Shown: positions 22,101 through 36,300, numbered from the whole stretch's first letter. The stretch: 63,998 nt of DNA, filler included, from Ionaspis alba (GCA_964255285.1; 6 parts of 6 records of this genome joined end to end with filler, not necessarily neighbours in it); one strand, 5' to 3'. The notes: generated by a model not told the origin, from the sequence alone. Translations and numbers: made by a program.

Positions 22101-23005
22101 NNNNNNNNNNNNNNNNNNNNNNNNNNNNNNNNNNNNNNNNNNNNTTAATTAATTAANNNNNNNNNNNNNNNNNNNNNNNNNNNNNNNNNNNNNNNNNNNN
22201 TGTGGGATGGCTGGGAGAGGAAAGAGGGTAGATTTTGGAGGGAATAAGGGGTTGGATGAGGTGGCAGGATTGCTGTTGGACCATCTTGTGGAGTTTTTCC
22301 TTTATTTGGGGAAAAGAGTGTGCCTATTCTTGGTGGGTTGATATGAGATTGGGAAATTCCTTCTCTGGGTTTGGTAATGATGACTGGCGGCGGGTCTCCA
22401 GATGTTGTGCAATTAATTAATCCATCCACTGCCATAGAAAACAACGTAGAAGAGTCGAAAACATAGCCAATCTCGAAACCAATATATACACGTACCCTTC
22501 TAATCTCTCTATATACCGATATATCCAGTAGCTCCGCACTCACCAGACCCAAACAACATCCACGAGGACGATTTCTTGCTCAATTTATATAAAACTCTGT
22601 CCTTCGCAAAAGAATATACAAAATACCACCATCAAATATAGAACTCGCTAGAAAAAAAAAAGATCGAACAAGTAAAATAACAAGGACTATGCCCGCCCAA
22701 AGGTATCTCTCGCTGAACCAGAACAGACTCACACAGAGAGAATATTTCGCAAAGTTTGCTGCACGCTGGACTGAAACAGATTGCCGACCGACCCGGGGGT
22801 ATCTCGAAGCGCTGAAGAACAGAAAAGGGAGGGAAAAAAGAACGGAAAGGACCACCCAAGAAAGTATCGTATTCTGTTGGTGTGAAGATTTGTTTGTAAA
22901 TTTGGTTATATACATCGTGCAGACTGTCCGCTCGTGTAGATTTGTGGCTTTGTAAATTGATGTGTACATTTGTACGAAGATCCAGTTCCGTAGAGGTAGA
23001 TGTCC

Positions 23006-24577
23006 CTACTCGGGTTTCCAATTCCTCTCGTAGCCAGGAGGTGCGGAGGGATCGTATGGCCCTAGTTGAGTAGGTGCAGGTGGTAGTGGAGGTCGTCCAC
23101 CTGGTGTCTGCGCCTGAGAGTCCGGAGGGACATATGGACCTGGGGTAGAGCCATAAGCAGGCTGCTGGTTTGACTGAGGCATTGGAGGTTGTGGCGGAAG
23201 TTCGTAGGTAGTGCTATAAGCACTGATTCTCCTCCTGGTATTCCTGCCTTCCTGACCACCCCTCTCTTCAGACTGCTGCCACTGCACACCCGGAGTTGCA
23301 CCATTCCCAACAGGCTGGGCCATCCTTCTCAATCTCGGAGATGGAAGCCTCGGTGTCACAAGGTTCTGAGTCGGGGAACTATACACAAGCCCTCTGAAGT
23401 AATCCCTCTCCATGCGGTAATACTCTCTCTCCTCGCCGATGTCACGGATGTGGTTTTCCAGCTTGGCGATGGTCTGGGAGGCCTCGCGTTCCTTCTCCTT
23501 GCGGCGCTGACGGAATCGGGCCGAGGCTCCGGCGTTGCGCTTTCGTTTCTCGTCAGCCATTTTCGACGCAGCTTGCACGTCAACAGGTACCTGTATGGGA
23601 CCTTGGTCCGTGTCAAGCGTCATCAGCTGATATGTGCTCTGTCCAACTGCGCTTGTGACGGGGCCGTAGGCGGACTCGGTGCCGAGCGTGAGCTGAGGCC
23701 CACCGGGTGGACCGCTGGGTCCGGAGCCCGTAGGACCATAATAGTTTGCGATCGATGCTTGTGAGGCTGGTGTAGAGTATTGGAGAGCCGGTGAGGCATG
23801 GCTGCGATGGCTGTAGGAGGAATATGACGTTGTGGGGCTGTTGCTTTGCGATTGCGGTGGTGGAATTGCTTCGACTAGACGCCGGTCTGGAGGAGTTACG
23901 GCGTGTTGGAGAGGAAACCCGTAGGTTGGTCGCGGAGCGATGGGCGGAGTTGATCCAACTGTTGGTCCGAGCGAGAGACTTGGCCCGGTGTCTGTGCTGT
24001 ATGCCGGCCCACTACCAGAAAGAAATGGAGACCTCTTCGCGTCGATCGTTCCACTTTGAAGGCTGATGCTTCCTAGACTTGCAGCACGAGTCGCCACTAG
24101 ATGAGGTGATGGTATCTGAGGGTTCCCTTGCATGGAGACAGGCGGAAATGGGTTCATCGCCGGAAGAGCTCTACCAGGCGTAATACCGTAGCCCATGGAT
24201 TCTGGTGACTCTGGAGGATGCCGTGGGCTCGCTCTTGCAGCGATCGGGCTCTCAGCCTTGATTGCTGTTGGCGGCCTACTATGGTTTTCCGTGGCACCGC
24301 TCGGATTGAGGATGTTCTGCATTCTGATGGGACGGGAAAGTACTTGTTCTGGATCTGAAGGCGTCGTCATTGCGGAAGAACTAGCACGCGACAATGATGC
24401 CGGACATGACGTTACTTCCGCTGCTGCTCGGCCATGCTCGCCCAAAATCGGTGAGCCATAGCTCCGACTATCGACGATCGGTGGCAAGACTGGTGTCTGC
24501 CTAGACGATTGTGGCGGTTGACTTCCATTGTAAATGGGTTTCGAATCCGGTCCAGAGGCAGCTGGCCGATGCGACAT
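23006..24577 (-). CDS. bZIP transcription factor
   Basis: VDVQAASKMADEKRKRNAGASARFRQRRKEKE basic region followed by a zipper (LENHIRDIGEEREYYRMERDYFR). First in-frame ATG is at 24577; the frame stays open to 24928. Confidence 0.9.
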   Translation of the reverse strand: MSHRPAASGPDSKPIYNGSQPPQSSRQTPVLPPIVDSRSYGSPILGEHGRAAAEVTSCPASLSRASSSAMTTPSDPEQVLSRPIRMQNILNPSGATENHSRPPTAIKAESPIAARASPRHPPESPESMGYGITPGRALPAMNPFPPVSMQGNPQIPSPHLVATRAASLGSISLQSGTIDAKRSPFLSGSGPAYSTDTGPSLSLGPTVGSTPPIAPRPTYGFPLQHAVTPPDRRLVEAIPPPQSQSNSPTTSYSSYSHRSHASPALQYSTPASQASIANYYGPTGSGPSGPPGGPQLTLGTESAYGPVTSAVGQSTYQLMTLDTDQGPIQVPVDVQAASKMADEKRKRNAGASARFRQRRKEKEREASQTIAKLENHIRDIGEEREYYRMERDYFRGLVYSSPTQNLVTPRLPSPRLRRMAQPVGNGATPGVQWQQSEERGGQEGRNTRRRISAYSTTYELPPQPPMPQSNQQPAYGSTPGPYVPPDSQAQTPGGRPPLPPAPTQLGPYDPSAPPGYERNWKPE

Positions 24578-27500
24578 ATGGTTGTGGCCCGGACTTTGCA
24601 AGCTCTTGCTGTCCCGAGAGTCGGAACATCGACGGTAGGACTCTCTTTCCCAGTAAGTCGATGGCCCTTTGAGTTGGAGATGCGACAGAGACTGCTGGAG
24701 AGATGCCTTGAATTCCGCGACGCGCTCTTCGAGGACGGAGAGGGAGTAAGGCCCAGGAAATGGAAAGCCAGTCAGCGGAGGGCTAATGACCTGCGAGGTA
24801 GCCACGGCGGCGGATACGGGGGGAACGAGACACGTCCCCACGTTTGGCACTGGCTGGGCGGAGAGAACTCGCTTATGAGGTGATTGGAGGATGAAGACGG
24901 GACGACGTCGAATAAGAAGGCGTAGCACTCAGAAAACCCCAGCACGCACGTATGAGCGGCACAAGGCAAGATTCAGCAAGGTGAATCAAATTCGAATGGG
25001 GGACAACGAAGATGATGTAGGAATAGCGAACAAGTTTTGCTTGGCTTGAGAGATTCAGATTGCAGACCTGGGGAGGAAGAGTGTATGGGGACTGGCTAAA
25101 GTAAGCGGTGAAGGAGCGGGAGAACCGGACTGTTATGATGACACTGAGGCTGCAGAGCCAGGTGCATGGGCAGGGGAGATCTGACGACGTTTGGATTCTT
25201 TTCAAGACGGGGAGGTGGGTTCCGTGAAGCAGGGAGAGCTTAGACAGCAGGGACTCGATGCCCTACTGCCGGCTCAAAAAAGCTCGAGTTTCATACCCGA
25301 TGGGCAAAATGCGTGGCACTCGACGAACAGGAGGCCGCAGCCCAAAAAGCAACGAGCGGACTCGGGGAGGACGGGACATGGACTGGGGGCAACAGTAGCA
25401 CATTTCTGTATGATGATGAGCATGCGACGGGGATGCATCGAGGAGCTAATTAGCTGTGTACCGCAGAACAGGAGAGCTAGGGAGTTGCATCCATGTCAGA
25501 ACGTGCAAGCCCTGTTTGTGCAGAGCTTAGTTTCTCGAGTAGCACGGTTAGGATGCAGTTATGTCACAGTAGTTCCCCTTCTAGGCTTCTGGCATTTTTA
25601 TTCCCCGATGCAATTCCTATGATAATGGCGGCTGGGTTGGGTAGGCGTACTGCTGCGTCGAATGGTAGCGGTACAGTGATAGAAATCGGTATGAGCAGAG
25701 CACCGGGTGCTGCTAGAGTTGGAATAGATCGAATCTCAGATTCCAAATGGCAGATGGATAGGCAAGGCGATATCATTGGAAGTAACAGCACAATCTCCAC
25801 CAGAGCAGCCATGCTGGTAAGCTGGCTTGGACGATCTGACGCCCTGGTCGGATCTGGTGGTGTCTACAGACTGCCCTGCATGAGATTGATATTAATAGCG
25901 ATAACGAATAACGATCGTCTGCTGTACTCCACGTCGCTGCCGCATAGGAGAGTATGGGCAGAGGTACTCCGTGCTGCAGTAATTCTGATTCATGGTGGAC
26001 ACTCGAGCATGGTGGACGAATCTGCAGCTGCGTGTGTGCCACGACCCAACAGGATTCGTCATTTTATCTCCATCGCATCACCGCCTGCCCCAACTTATGC
26101 TAAGGTTATGTGTCTCCTCCTTCGCTGTTGTTCACCCACACACCGACACCCAGACAGTCGGAGTGCGCTAAAGCAAGGTGCCAACCGCCAACAGCACCCA
26201 CCTCTGCCGCAATCCTGTCGATGCTGGACAGGGAGAGGTAGGGTTTCCCTGGATAATCATTGCAGACCTTATTCGTCCCCTCACACGAAGTACCTAGATC
26301 GGAAGCCGTGTTCCCAGAAGCGAAGCAAGCGGGTCATGGTCTGTATGTATGTCAGAGCAATCCCACCCATCGGTACTGCAATGAAGAAGCGCCCGTCTGT
26401 GTCACAGTGGTAGGATTGATCACCGCATGCACCTTCGCACTTCATTTCCGACTATTTCCATGCCGTGTCGCTAACAGCCAGGTACTCTGTTGTCGCGTGC
26501 GTAACCTGTACTCGAGGATTTTTATCTACTCGAAAACGTACTCCAATGCCCCGATTCCGCCACATCGAAGGATCATCCGACAACAATGTGGGGGAAAGCA
26601 TCGTCATAGACGAATGAGGACATTCTGTCCTCGCCATCGATGATTCGCTGGCCCACGTGGTTCGACTGACAGCCTCCCACGCCGACCATCCCAAAGGAGT
26701 GGCGGGTGACGGTCCGCGACAAGTGTGCGGCAACAGAAAAGTTACAGTAGGATTTCCCGTACCCCGGAGGATTTTCCAGGGGACTCCTCCTCCCCAAGCA
26801 TCCCAGCCGAGTCTCTTTGACAGGCGGCAAAAGCAAGCATTGTTCCGGTGGCATCCTCCCCTGGACCACCTAAACTGTAGAGAAGATTTAGGTTGAGATG
26901 CACGGAGAGAGAACGGACGAGGGAATGACAGTTTCAGTCCTGGTCCTTGTCGCGGCTGCTCTTCCCCGAAGGCCGCCGTGCATCCAAACTATATCCCCCA
27001 TCAGGTCGTATGCAGCAAAAAAGCAAGTCTGCCGCTGAACAATCGTCGATCCTGAACCTGGTGAGGGCGGTGCTCAAGGGCGTCGAGATATCGACTCTTT
27101 CCAAAGCATCGTGGCATCCTCCACCGAGCCAGTGCCGTACCAAGACCTCGCGTAACAACCTCTCTGGCCAATGCACCTTATCCATATGTACAACACATCG
27201 ATCTAGATACAAACCTGCAACCACTTAAAGTCGGAGGACCTCGCTGACACGATGAGCACCTGAAGTGCCAATTCGTAATGGACGAGTCAGGTCCAGAACG
27301 GAAAATTGGAGCTAGGGCAGATCAGATTTCTCTCTCAATTATTCACAACAACGGCTCTGTGTGTCGCTCGATTCGTGCTCATAAACATACTTTAGCACCC
27401 TAGCGGAAAGCTTCAGATCGGTGAAGGTTAAGAAACCTGACTACTGTATTTGGAGCGACAACGTGATCTGTGGCTTTGCTCGCNNNNNNNNNNNNNNNNN

Positions 27501-29256
27501 NNNNNNNNNNNNNNNNNNNNNNNNNNNNNNNNNNNNNNNNNNNNNNNNNNNNNNNNNNNNNNNNNNNNNNNNNNNNNNNNNNNCGTCTCGCTCGGACTCG
27601 CAGCTCCGCACAGACAATCTCGATGATGATCTTTGGCAGCAGATCTGATCGAATCCTCAGAATCCGAGATAAAGGACGAGATCGTCCAACGTCAAAGATT
27701 GATCTCACGATGCACACCACCCAATGGCTGCGAGCATTAGGCATAAACATTGTGCAGCAGTTGCTTAGCTGCATTCTCCGGATGCACGGTGCGACTGGCT
27801 TCCCAGTGCCGGAATCCTTGTGCCGCATGCATATGACAGGCATACCTGCAGAAAAGCATGCATCAGGCCTCGATCCATCTGTGTTGGCACTGTACGGAGT
27901 AATGCACCCTCGACAGAAATCCCAGGGAAAAACCAACAACATCTATCTCCTTTCTTTTTCCTCTCTTCACGAAATGCGCGAATAAGAAATCACGGTTCCC
28001 ACTGTCTTCCTCGCTTCCAGCGACTTCTGCCGTTCCAGGCACAAAATGGATTATGGTGCATGACCTTTGGTGGTTGGATCTACAGGGGAAGAGGAGTGTG
28101 ACTACGTGCTTGCTGCTACTGCTTTTGCTGCTGGACAGCGCATCTTGACTTGCAGCAATCCCCGAATGCTGACGATCCAACCCCTCAAATGCTGCAACCC
28201 ATGCACAATGAAGGGACCAAGCACATCACCATGATCAATCGTTCCTGCCAGTCATTCCTCTCATTAATCGTCACCATCCTAACAGCACCGTGTCTCAGCC
28301 ACGAAGCGATCAATAATGATTTCTTTTTCTCGCGATTTTTTCTCATTCGATAACGTATTTTGCCGTCCCCCCCTCGTTGACTACGCTCGTACGCAATGTA
28401 ACCTGAAAAGGGCTGTCAGCGCAGCCGCACCATCCACACTCACACAGACACACTCAAGCAAAATGTTAGCGCGCAGCATAATGTCGTGCTTGCCACGAGG
28501 CTGGTAAGAAAGGAGCAGGTCCGGGATCTTCGCTTGTATGCAGTCCATCCTAAGCTTGATTTAAAGCTCCTCAATTGGCTGCCTTGGAGGTGCTCGTGCT
28601 CAGTCGCAATTTCATTGCCGTCTGGGCCTGCACCCACCTTGGATTGAGATTAATGCGCACATTCGACTTAGGAATGATATCATGTCATTTCCATTAGTTG
28701 TTCTCCGAATTGGATCGGTGCATAATCTAGGGACCTTCAGCAAGCAGGTAAGACAATTGCGCTACAGCCGCTATTTATTGATCGACCATCGTGTTTGTTG
28801 GGCCAGACTGGTTAGCTTGAAAGAAACACGATTCATGCCAAGTTATATTTGCCCGAGCAAGACTCTCACTGCGTAATTTCCCTTTCTAAACAAGTTTCTA
28901 TCGGCCATAGTTACATTTTCCGCAGGACTCTTTCCAGATCTGACGAAGAATTCCTGCCCTAAGAGGCTGAATCTCAGCGCCTTGAACCGGCTCTGTCTCC
29001 ACTCTCCCGGTGTCCCTGGCGATGTCCCTAGTCGGAGACGGCGGGACACCATGGCAGCGCTGGTCTCAAGACGGCGCGGAATGCAAACGACAGAAACATT
29101 CCGGTAGACAGGACGGAGTAATCTCAGGAAGCGTACAGAAGCCTTGGTGGGGTTGAAGTTGCAGACTATAATTCTAGAATCTCCAACTTTGGAACCCTCA
29201 GATACCGACAGAACGGCTCGCATATAAGAACGACAACAATAATAACCACAGCCTCC

Positions 29257-30353
29257 TCAGCCTCGCCACTTATTTGGCTGCATGCCTTTCACGCCAACAT
29301 TGATTCTAAACACACTTCCCTCATACCTCGTCGACTCCGGAAATTCCTCCGGCTTCTCCTCCATCGCACTCGTAACCACCAATTCGTCGCCCACAAATAC
29401 CGGACACGTGACACACCTCGTCGGCAGCTTCACCACCCCTATGACCGTCCCCTCCGGCGAAACCCTCAGCACCTTCCCAGCCCCGAACACGGCCTGCCAA
29501 ATACACCCCTCAACATCCATCGCCCACCCATCCGGCGCCGCATCTTCCGCCTCGCCCTCCAGCCGCCAATGCACCCGCCGATTCGAAATGCTCCCCGTGG
29601 CTGCATCGTAGTCGAATCTCGCAATCGTCTTCGTCGGCGTATCGGTGAAGTACATCGTCTTGTCATCTGCGCTCCAGCCGATGCCGTTTGGTATGGTAAC
29701 ATGCGTGATCATCCGGTGCAGTGTCCTGTCTGGGTCGAGCCGGAAGACCACGCCCGAGTCTGTGAAGGTGCTGACGAGGGGGTCGTTCATGACACCGAGC
29801 CAGAAACGGCCGCTGCTGTCGATGGCGCCGTCGTTGGAGCGCATCCTGTGTAGCTGTTAGTGCTAAAGCCATGTTTACAGACTGAAGGAGCATAGAGGTA
29901 AGGATTAAGAACTTCTCTTTGAACCCCTCTCCGTCCCGCTCATCCCAGACCTCCTTGATCATTTCTTGCTGCCCTGTCTCTCGATCCATGATCGCGTAGC
30001 CGTACTTCGACCCCACGATGAGCTTCCCATTTCGGCCTTCGATATTCGCTGTGACGCTACCTCGTTATTAGCTCTAATTCTACTTGTAAGCAAGATCCAA
30101 AAGCCCGCACCTAACAGCATGCTCAAGATTAATCGTCCTCAGCGAAGATGGCCCTTCTTTCAAATCGATGACGTGGAATTTTTTCTTCACAATATCCACG
30201 AATCGTAATGTATCAGTAGCCTCTTCCCAATAAGGCGCTTCTCCCAGGCCACACTTGATGTGGAGGTAGGGCTAGGGTTTGGTCAGGATAGATCCTGTGA
30301 TCCACGAAGCCAAAACGTACTTCAGAGATCGTCCAATGCTTGATATCGGCCAT
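29257..30353 (-). CDS. SMP-30/gluconolactonase (regucalcin-like) family protein, multi-exon
   Basis: CGLGEAPYWEE, RSNDGAIDSSGRFWLG, IPNGIGWSADDKTMYFTDT and PDGWAMDVEGCIW motifs. ATG at 30353, followed by short GT-AG introns. Confidence 0.9.
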
Positions 30354-30921
30354 GATCAGCAGAATAGGTCAGGGAAACGGTTAGTAATTTAGTTTCAGGT
30401 AACGAATACTTGGTACTTGGATCATGACCAGGAAATGAGGTCGCAAATCCTTGATTTGCGACTCCATTATAACGTCACTGGCGCGGTACCTGCATTCGGC
30501 TAATTCAGCTGTGGGCTGAAGGGATATCCCAGATCTCTGGTTTGACGTAGCTCCGTCACGAGGGCACAGCTGCAGGAGATGTATTACACAGATTTTTCAA
30601 TTGCGAAGGATTTCTGGTCTTAAATTATGGTCAGACCAAGTAGAACAACCAAAAAAACCATGACTCCTTTCTTACCGAGTCTTCGTGCATACAATGTCCA
30701 TCACGCATTGTAGCCAGCGATATAGATACAGCGTTGTACCAATGCCGGCAGCTATCCGTGTACAAGAGTCAACACTATATACTCGTTTCCAATCCCTCAA
30801 GCCAACTGCATGCTGAAAATGCCCCAACCAATGCCATGAATTCCATGCCCCTATAGTATGCAATGTCACAAGGCATCCAATGCTCAAAAAGAAACCTCCT
30901 CTGGTATCCCTCGCGTTCTAC

Positions 30922-32933
30922 TCAAGCCACCACAAAACCCAAACACACCACCACCGCCAACGTCCACATCCCCATCCTGCTTGACTTCCCAGCCCCCGAC
31001 TGTACATTCACCAGCGTCCCCCTAACCTTGGGCTCATACTCCACCGGCCTTGTACTATTCACAGTCCCATCCCAACAATACTTCCGAAAGCACTGATCAC
31101 ACGCATCCGGCACCTGCGTACCTGTCCTCGTCCAACTCCTCTTCAAAATGGCACAACCCGCACAAGTCGGCCACATAGTATCGGCAGTCCCGTTCGCCAT
31201 AGTGGCGACATTGTACCCATTCATGATAATCGCGTCCCGCTCGCTGTTATTATAGGTCGGCGTGAAAGTCGACACATTGCTGAAGTAGACGTAAGGCGCG
31301 TTCGGGATATACACGATAAGCGGGCTATCGGCCGTGACGTTTTTCTCGTCGCAGCCGAAGAACGTCGGGCGCGTATTCAAGCCCAAGTTGACGAACGTGT
31401 TCTGGTCTGGGATGGCGGGGAAGACGGTGCCGTTGCTGATACCAGAGGTGTTGCGAGCGCGCTCGTAGGTCGCGACGAGGCTGGTGCCGTTCGGCCAGTG
31501 GTAGGTAGTATCGGCGGAGGAGTCGACGGCGAAGATGACGTCGACGGAGCGGATGGGCTGGATGAGGGGGTGGAGGGGGATGTTTTGGAGGTCTTCGCCG
31601 CCATCGACGAGAGTGAGGTTTTTGGTCGCGGCGTTGCGCGAGGTGGTGTTGTGGAAGTGGTAGAAGGGGTTGGGGTGGTAGGCGGCGATGTCGTTGTTTG
31701 CTTGGCCGAGGTCGGTGAGGAGTGTCTTGAGGACGGATTTGAAGGCGGGGGCGATGGAGGTGTCGTTTATTTGGAGCAGGAATTGGTTGAAGAGAGAGGA
31801 GGAGGTTCCCATTACGTAGCCGGCGTTGTCGAAGCCCCGGACGCATTGCTCGCTAGAGGGGAGAATGCCGTTGGAGAAGTTGGAGCCGATGTATTCGAGG
31901 GGCGCGAAGCCGTAGGTTGTTGGGTCGAAGGTGCCGAATTCCCAGGGGTTGAACTCGTAGACGGTGGCATTATTGGAGACGAGGAGTTCGCCTGGAGCGC
32001 GTCCGTCCGCGACTAGGATTGGTAGAGGGGTTTCTCCTTTGGCGAAGTTGTCTGCGAGAGCGATGGACGACCACGTGTACTCGGGGCCGCCGTTCGTGGC
32101 ATTGATTAGCTGGAAGGAAAGAGCACGTCCCCAATAATCCGTGATCGAGGTGTCGAAGTCTGCAGCATTCGTCTTTCCCTGGACTTCGTCGTATATAGTA
32201 CGGTAGTAATCAGCACTGCTCAGAAGCTGAATGCCTTTGGTATCCGGACCCGTAAAGATCGAGTTGCCAAACTCCCATACAGTGCTCGTGTTATCGGTCT
32301 GCAGCGCCGAGATAGTGGTGAAGTTGTTGATGAAGATACTGCCGACCAACCATCCTCCGCCACTCAGCCCAGAGAAATATGTTGCAGCTTGCAGCAATCC
32401 TCCCAGATGACCTGGAGCAGAGAATTTGGATTCCCTACCATCGAAAGCCTGAATAGCGCCTGCACCGTTCAGACAAGCTCGATATCCTCCTCCCGATACT
32501 GCAATGCCAATATTTGGAAGCTGAGAAGTATTGCTCTTGTGGTCGTCAAAATATTTGTTCGCGTCAAAGCCAGCAATATTGAGCCTGGCCAGCAGCTCTT
32601 GCATGGCCGGTATTGTATTTTTCCGTCGCTCTTTCAGCCATGACGATTCTTGTGGGGACAATCCCGATTCTGCGCTTCGAATGGACGGCCTGGTGGAAGG
32701 GCAATCTCCAGCCTCAGGAGTGTAGCCATTGGGAGCATTGGGAAGGGCACGCTCTACTAGAGATGGGAGTATGAGGTCGCCATGCAATTCTGGATGCGCT
32801 TCACGTGGAGTAAATGCAAGTGCTAGTAATACCAGTTAGCTACCTTTGCAGCCCCTTCTTTTGCTGCAATGTACTCACAGTGGCACGCGACAGCGAAAGC
32901 AACACAAGCGATGAACCTCGACTTTGGCTTCAT
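30922..32933 (-). CDS. PLB1: Lysophospholipase / phospholipase B, secreted and probably GPI-anchored
   Basis: SGGGYRA, GLSGGGW and LVDGGEDLQNIP catalytic motifs. Signal-peptide exon starts at ATG 32933 with an intron at about 32822-32878. Hydrophobic C-terminal tail. Confidence 0.92.
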
Positions 32934-33376
32934 TGCGAATTCGAAAAGCTTAATATACATAACAATGCGCTGATACTCGAGATAAGCTGTTCAAGAAGAC
33001 GACAAGAGAATTGCAAGCAGGCTGGTCTCAATATCGACCTGGCCTTTCAGCTTGTCAGCCTCAAATATATGCTGTGCAGTAATCCTACCAAGTATTTACT
33101 GTTGTTGCTATGACGCAGACCCCTGTCTCGTCTACTCAGCCACTTCCTAACCTCCATGANNNNNNNNNNNNNNNNNNNNNNNNNNNNNNNNNNNNNNNNN
33201 NNNTTAATTAATTAANNNNNNNNNNNNNNNNNNNNNNNNNNNNNNNNNNNNNNNNNNNNATGTATTAGCATTACAGCTGGAGGCGGCTTTCAACAGTCAT
33301 TACCACATTTAGTTATCAAATCAACTGCTTGCCTTCATTCTTCTTCAAAAGGTTGAATCATTGAGCCATTCTCCTG

Positions 33377-36300
33377 CTACCTAATCTTCTTACTCCCCTT
33401 TCCGCCCCTCTTGGCCTTACCCCCAGCTCCCCTACCCTTCTCCGCCCCACCACCACCCATAACAACCCGACACTTCCCAACAGGCACAACACCCACAACC
33501 TCCACATCCCTCAATCCTTTCACCAATTCCCCTTCCCTCCTCGCCACTTTCTCCATCTCCTCCTCTCCCTCCCTCGGTCCCTTCCTCTTCTCCCTCTCTG
33601 CAATCGCCTTACCCCACCCTCCAAGGATCTCCCTGACAGCCTTCCCCTTCTTCACCGTCCCCGGCTGCATCTTCACTCTCCACCTCAACCTGCTCCCCAG
33701 TGCATCCCATGGCGCACAAACAACAAGCGCATCTAGGATTTCGTCTCCGGGTAGTGGCATACCGACGAACGCATCTAGGAGCCCAAGCTCCGCCTCCTCG
33801 CTCTCCTCCAGCGTCTCAATCCCCTCTTCCATATTCAGTCGCCGAATCTCCTCACTTTCCTTCCCCGCTTGCTGAGCGCGAAGATGCTGTTCCCGACGGC
33901 GTTCTTTCTGCGCCGCCAATTCCGCTTCCCGGACCGCTTTAGCTTCGGCGTCGGAGACGTGTTTCTCTTGGGCGGCGGCCGAGCCGAGGAGGCGGAGGGC
34001 GAGAGCGCGGTCTTCGGCATCTTGGTTCGCGTATTTAGTTTTTTGCTTCGTGCGCTGGCCGTGTTTACCGCGGACTTGGGGCTGCGCAGGCTGTGATGGG
34101 CCAGCGGTGGAGCGTACTACTTTTGTGGACGGTCGGGAGTCGTCGGCAGAGGTATTCGCTGTAGAGGGTTGAGAGGGTGTCTGGCCAGCGCGGGAGAGAC
34201 GGCGGTCTTTGGCGGCGAGGTGGCGAGTGTTCGAGGCTGATTGGTTGTCGGTTTGTGGAAGAGACTCTTCGCCTTCAGCAGGATGTTGCTCTACTTCGTC
34301 ACTCGAAGACGCTGAATGCTCGTCGCTTCGATTTTCAACCGACTCAACAGCCATTGAGGGTGGGTTGTTGTCGTCCATGTGAGCGACGCCGTTTGATTGA
34401 AGTGGGTTCTGGTAGGCGGAGTGCTCTTCATTGTTGTCGTCTACATTCTTTAAGTCGGCCTCCTGGTCGGAGTCAAGTGACTGGTCATCATCATGGCCGC
34501 CATCTGGCTCTCGTTCGTCATCCAAATTCTCCTCTTCGTCGCTCTGGTTAGCACCATCTTCAAGCCCTCCTTCGGATGCTCCTGCGTCGTCGGCCTCATT
34601 TAAGATATTCTTCGTTACAGCCCCACCCTCAGGCTTATCCTCCTGTAGACGATGCTTTAGATGCCGAGCTTTACTCTCTTCGCTAATCTGGAACATGACA
34701 CCAAATCCAAGAAGAAGAGGTGCAGGAGGTAAGAAATTCTTATTTCCCCTTATCATGAAAGCCCCAGTTGTCAGGTATTCTCCAGTAGGCGCAGTCTTCG
34801 ACACCTGGTCAGAGTTGACCCACCAAGCTGACATGACCGCTTTAGAATCCCAGGCAGTCGAGGTCACCACAGCCAGTGTTCCAGCTTGCGAGAGTGTCGA
34901 AGGTGGGATGGGCGAGTCAGACATTCCTTGTTTATTCTTGATGATGACAGACGCCGCGCCTTGGAGCTCGGCATGAACGTAGACGTCTCCTTTCTTTAGA
35001 TATCGTTTATATAGTATCTCGTTCTGCTGCGCATCCCGTCCACCCAACACCAAGTAACCGTCCGAGGAGATGAAGTAGTAGAACTTCTCGAACCAGAAGG
35101 CTTTGCGGACTGGTCGAAGAAGCTCTTTTTCCTGCTTTAACCCTTTCTTAAGATCAGCCGTGATCTTCTTCTCTGTATTCTTCAGCGCCATAGCTGACGA
35201 CTGCAATGTCTTCTGCTCCTTTACTGCGGCAGTCTTCTTCTGATCATAGTACTGGCGTGCGTTGGACCAAGGTGAAAGCGCAATATCCACGTCTACCGCT
35301 AAATATTTACCTACAGGGTCTGCCGGCTCCTTTGGCTTCGAGGTTTTTGCTACCTCATCTTCGCTGTCCGAGACCTCACTCCCTGTTTCATCTCCTTCGA
35401 AGTCATCCTGATCCTCAAAGTCTGCTTCCGAAAGTCGCAATGTGGCAGTGTTTTCGTAGAGTTTGAGTGGAAGCTTGATCATCTCCGCAACGGGATTCTG
35501 ACGGGCCTGCTCCCTTTCTATAAGCTTAGCGATCTCCATCCAGTCCATGCCTTGAGCTATGAGACCGTTCACAGCAGCGATCGCTTCTTGCACCCGTTGC
35601 AAGTTTGCTTCTATAGCCTGTGCTTTCCTTACATTGAGTTCTTGAACTTGCTGCAGCCCTCCGACTCTTTTTTGGTGGTCTTGCCTTGCAGTTTCTAGTT
35701 TCTTTTTGGCGTGCTCTTCTCGTTCTGTTAACCGCGACTCTAGCTTCTGTGATTCAATCGAAGAGAAGAACTCGTCTACCGTCTTGTTGAACCCATCAAA
35801 CTCTAATATTCGAGTCTCAGCGGAGTCTTGAAACTGTTGTGGTCGAAAAGGATGGAAGTCCTCATACATAAGGTTCTCCTTTTTGCTATCTTCGTCACCA
35901 TCTCTTCCGTTACTGTTTTCCACGGATGGTCTCCCTTTAGCAGGCTTTGCAATGATGTATCCTTTGGTCTTTTGAGATGTTGTTATCTGTGAGACGACTC
36001 TCTTAGCCTCCTCTAAGACTTGCATGAGGTGTACGAGCATGGTATCATCTTTTACAACGTCCTCAACCGGTGTGGCGGGATCAAAATTCTTGGCTCGAAG
36101 AGCGTGATCGAGCAGCATAGGCGGAAATTCTGTCAAAGACGTAGCCAAAGCTTTCCGTAACGCATCTCCAGATTTCCTTTTCTGCTTCTTCCCAGGTGCC
36201 TCGTTTTCTAGCTTGGTTCTTTCCAATGCTTTTTGCAAACCTTCCTTCACTCTCTCCTTCGTCAAAGAAGGAACGCCACCGTAATTCTGCCTATTTTCCA

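Noticed and set aside
25493..26413. 306-aa ORF and neighbouring ORFs upstream of the bZIP gene
   Set aside because: No recognisable motifs and a composition like translated non-coding DNA; more likely regulatory or UTR sequence.
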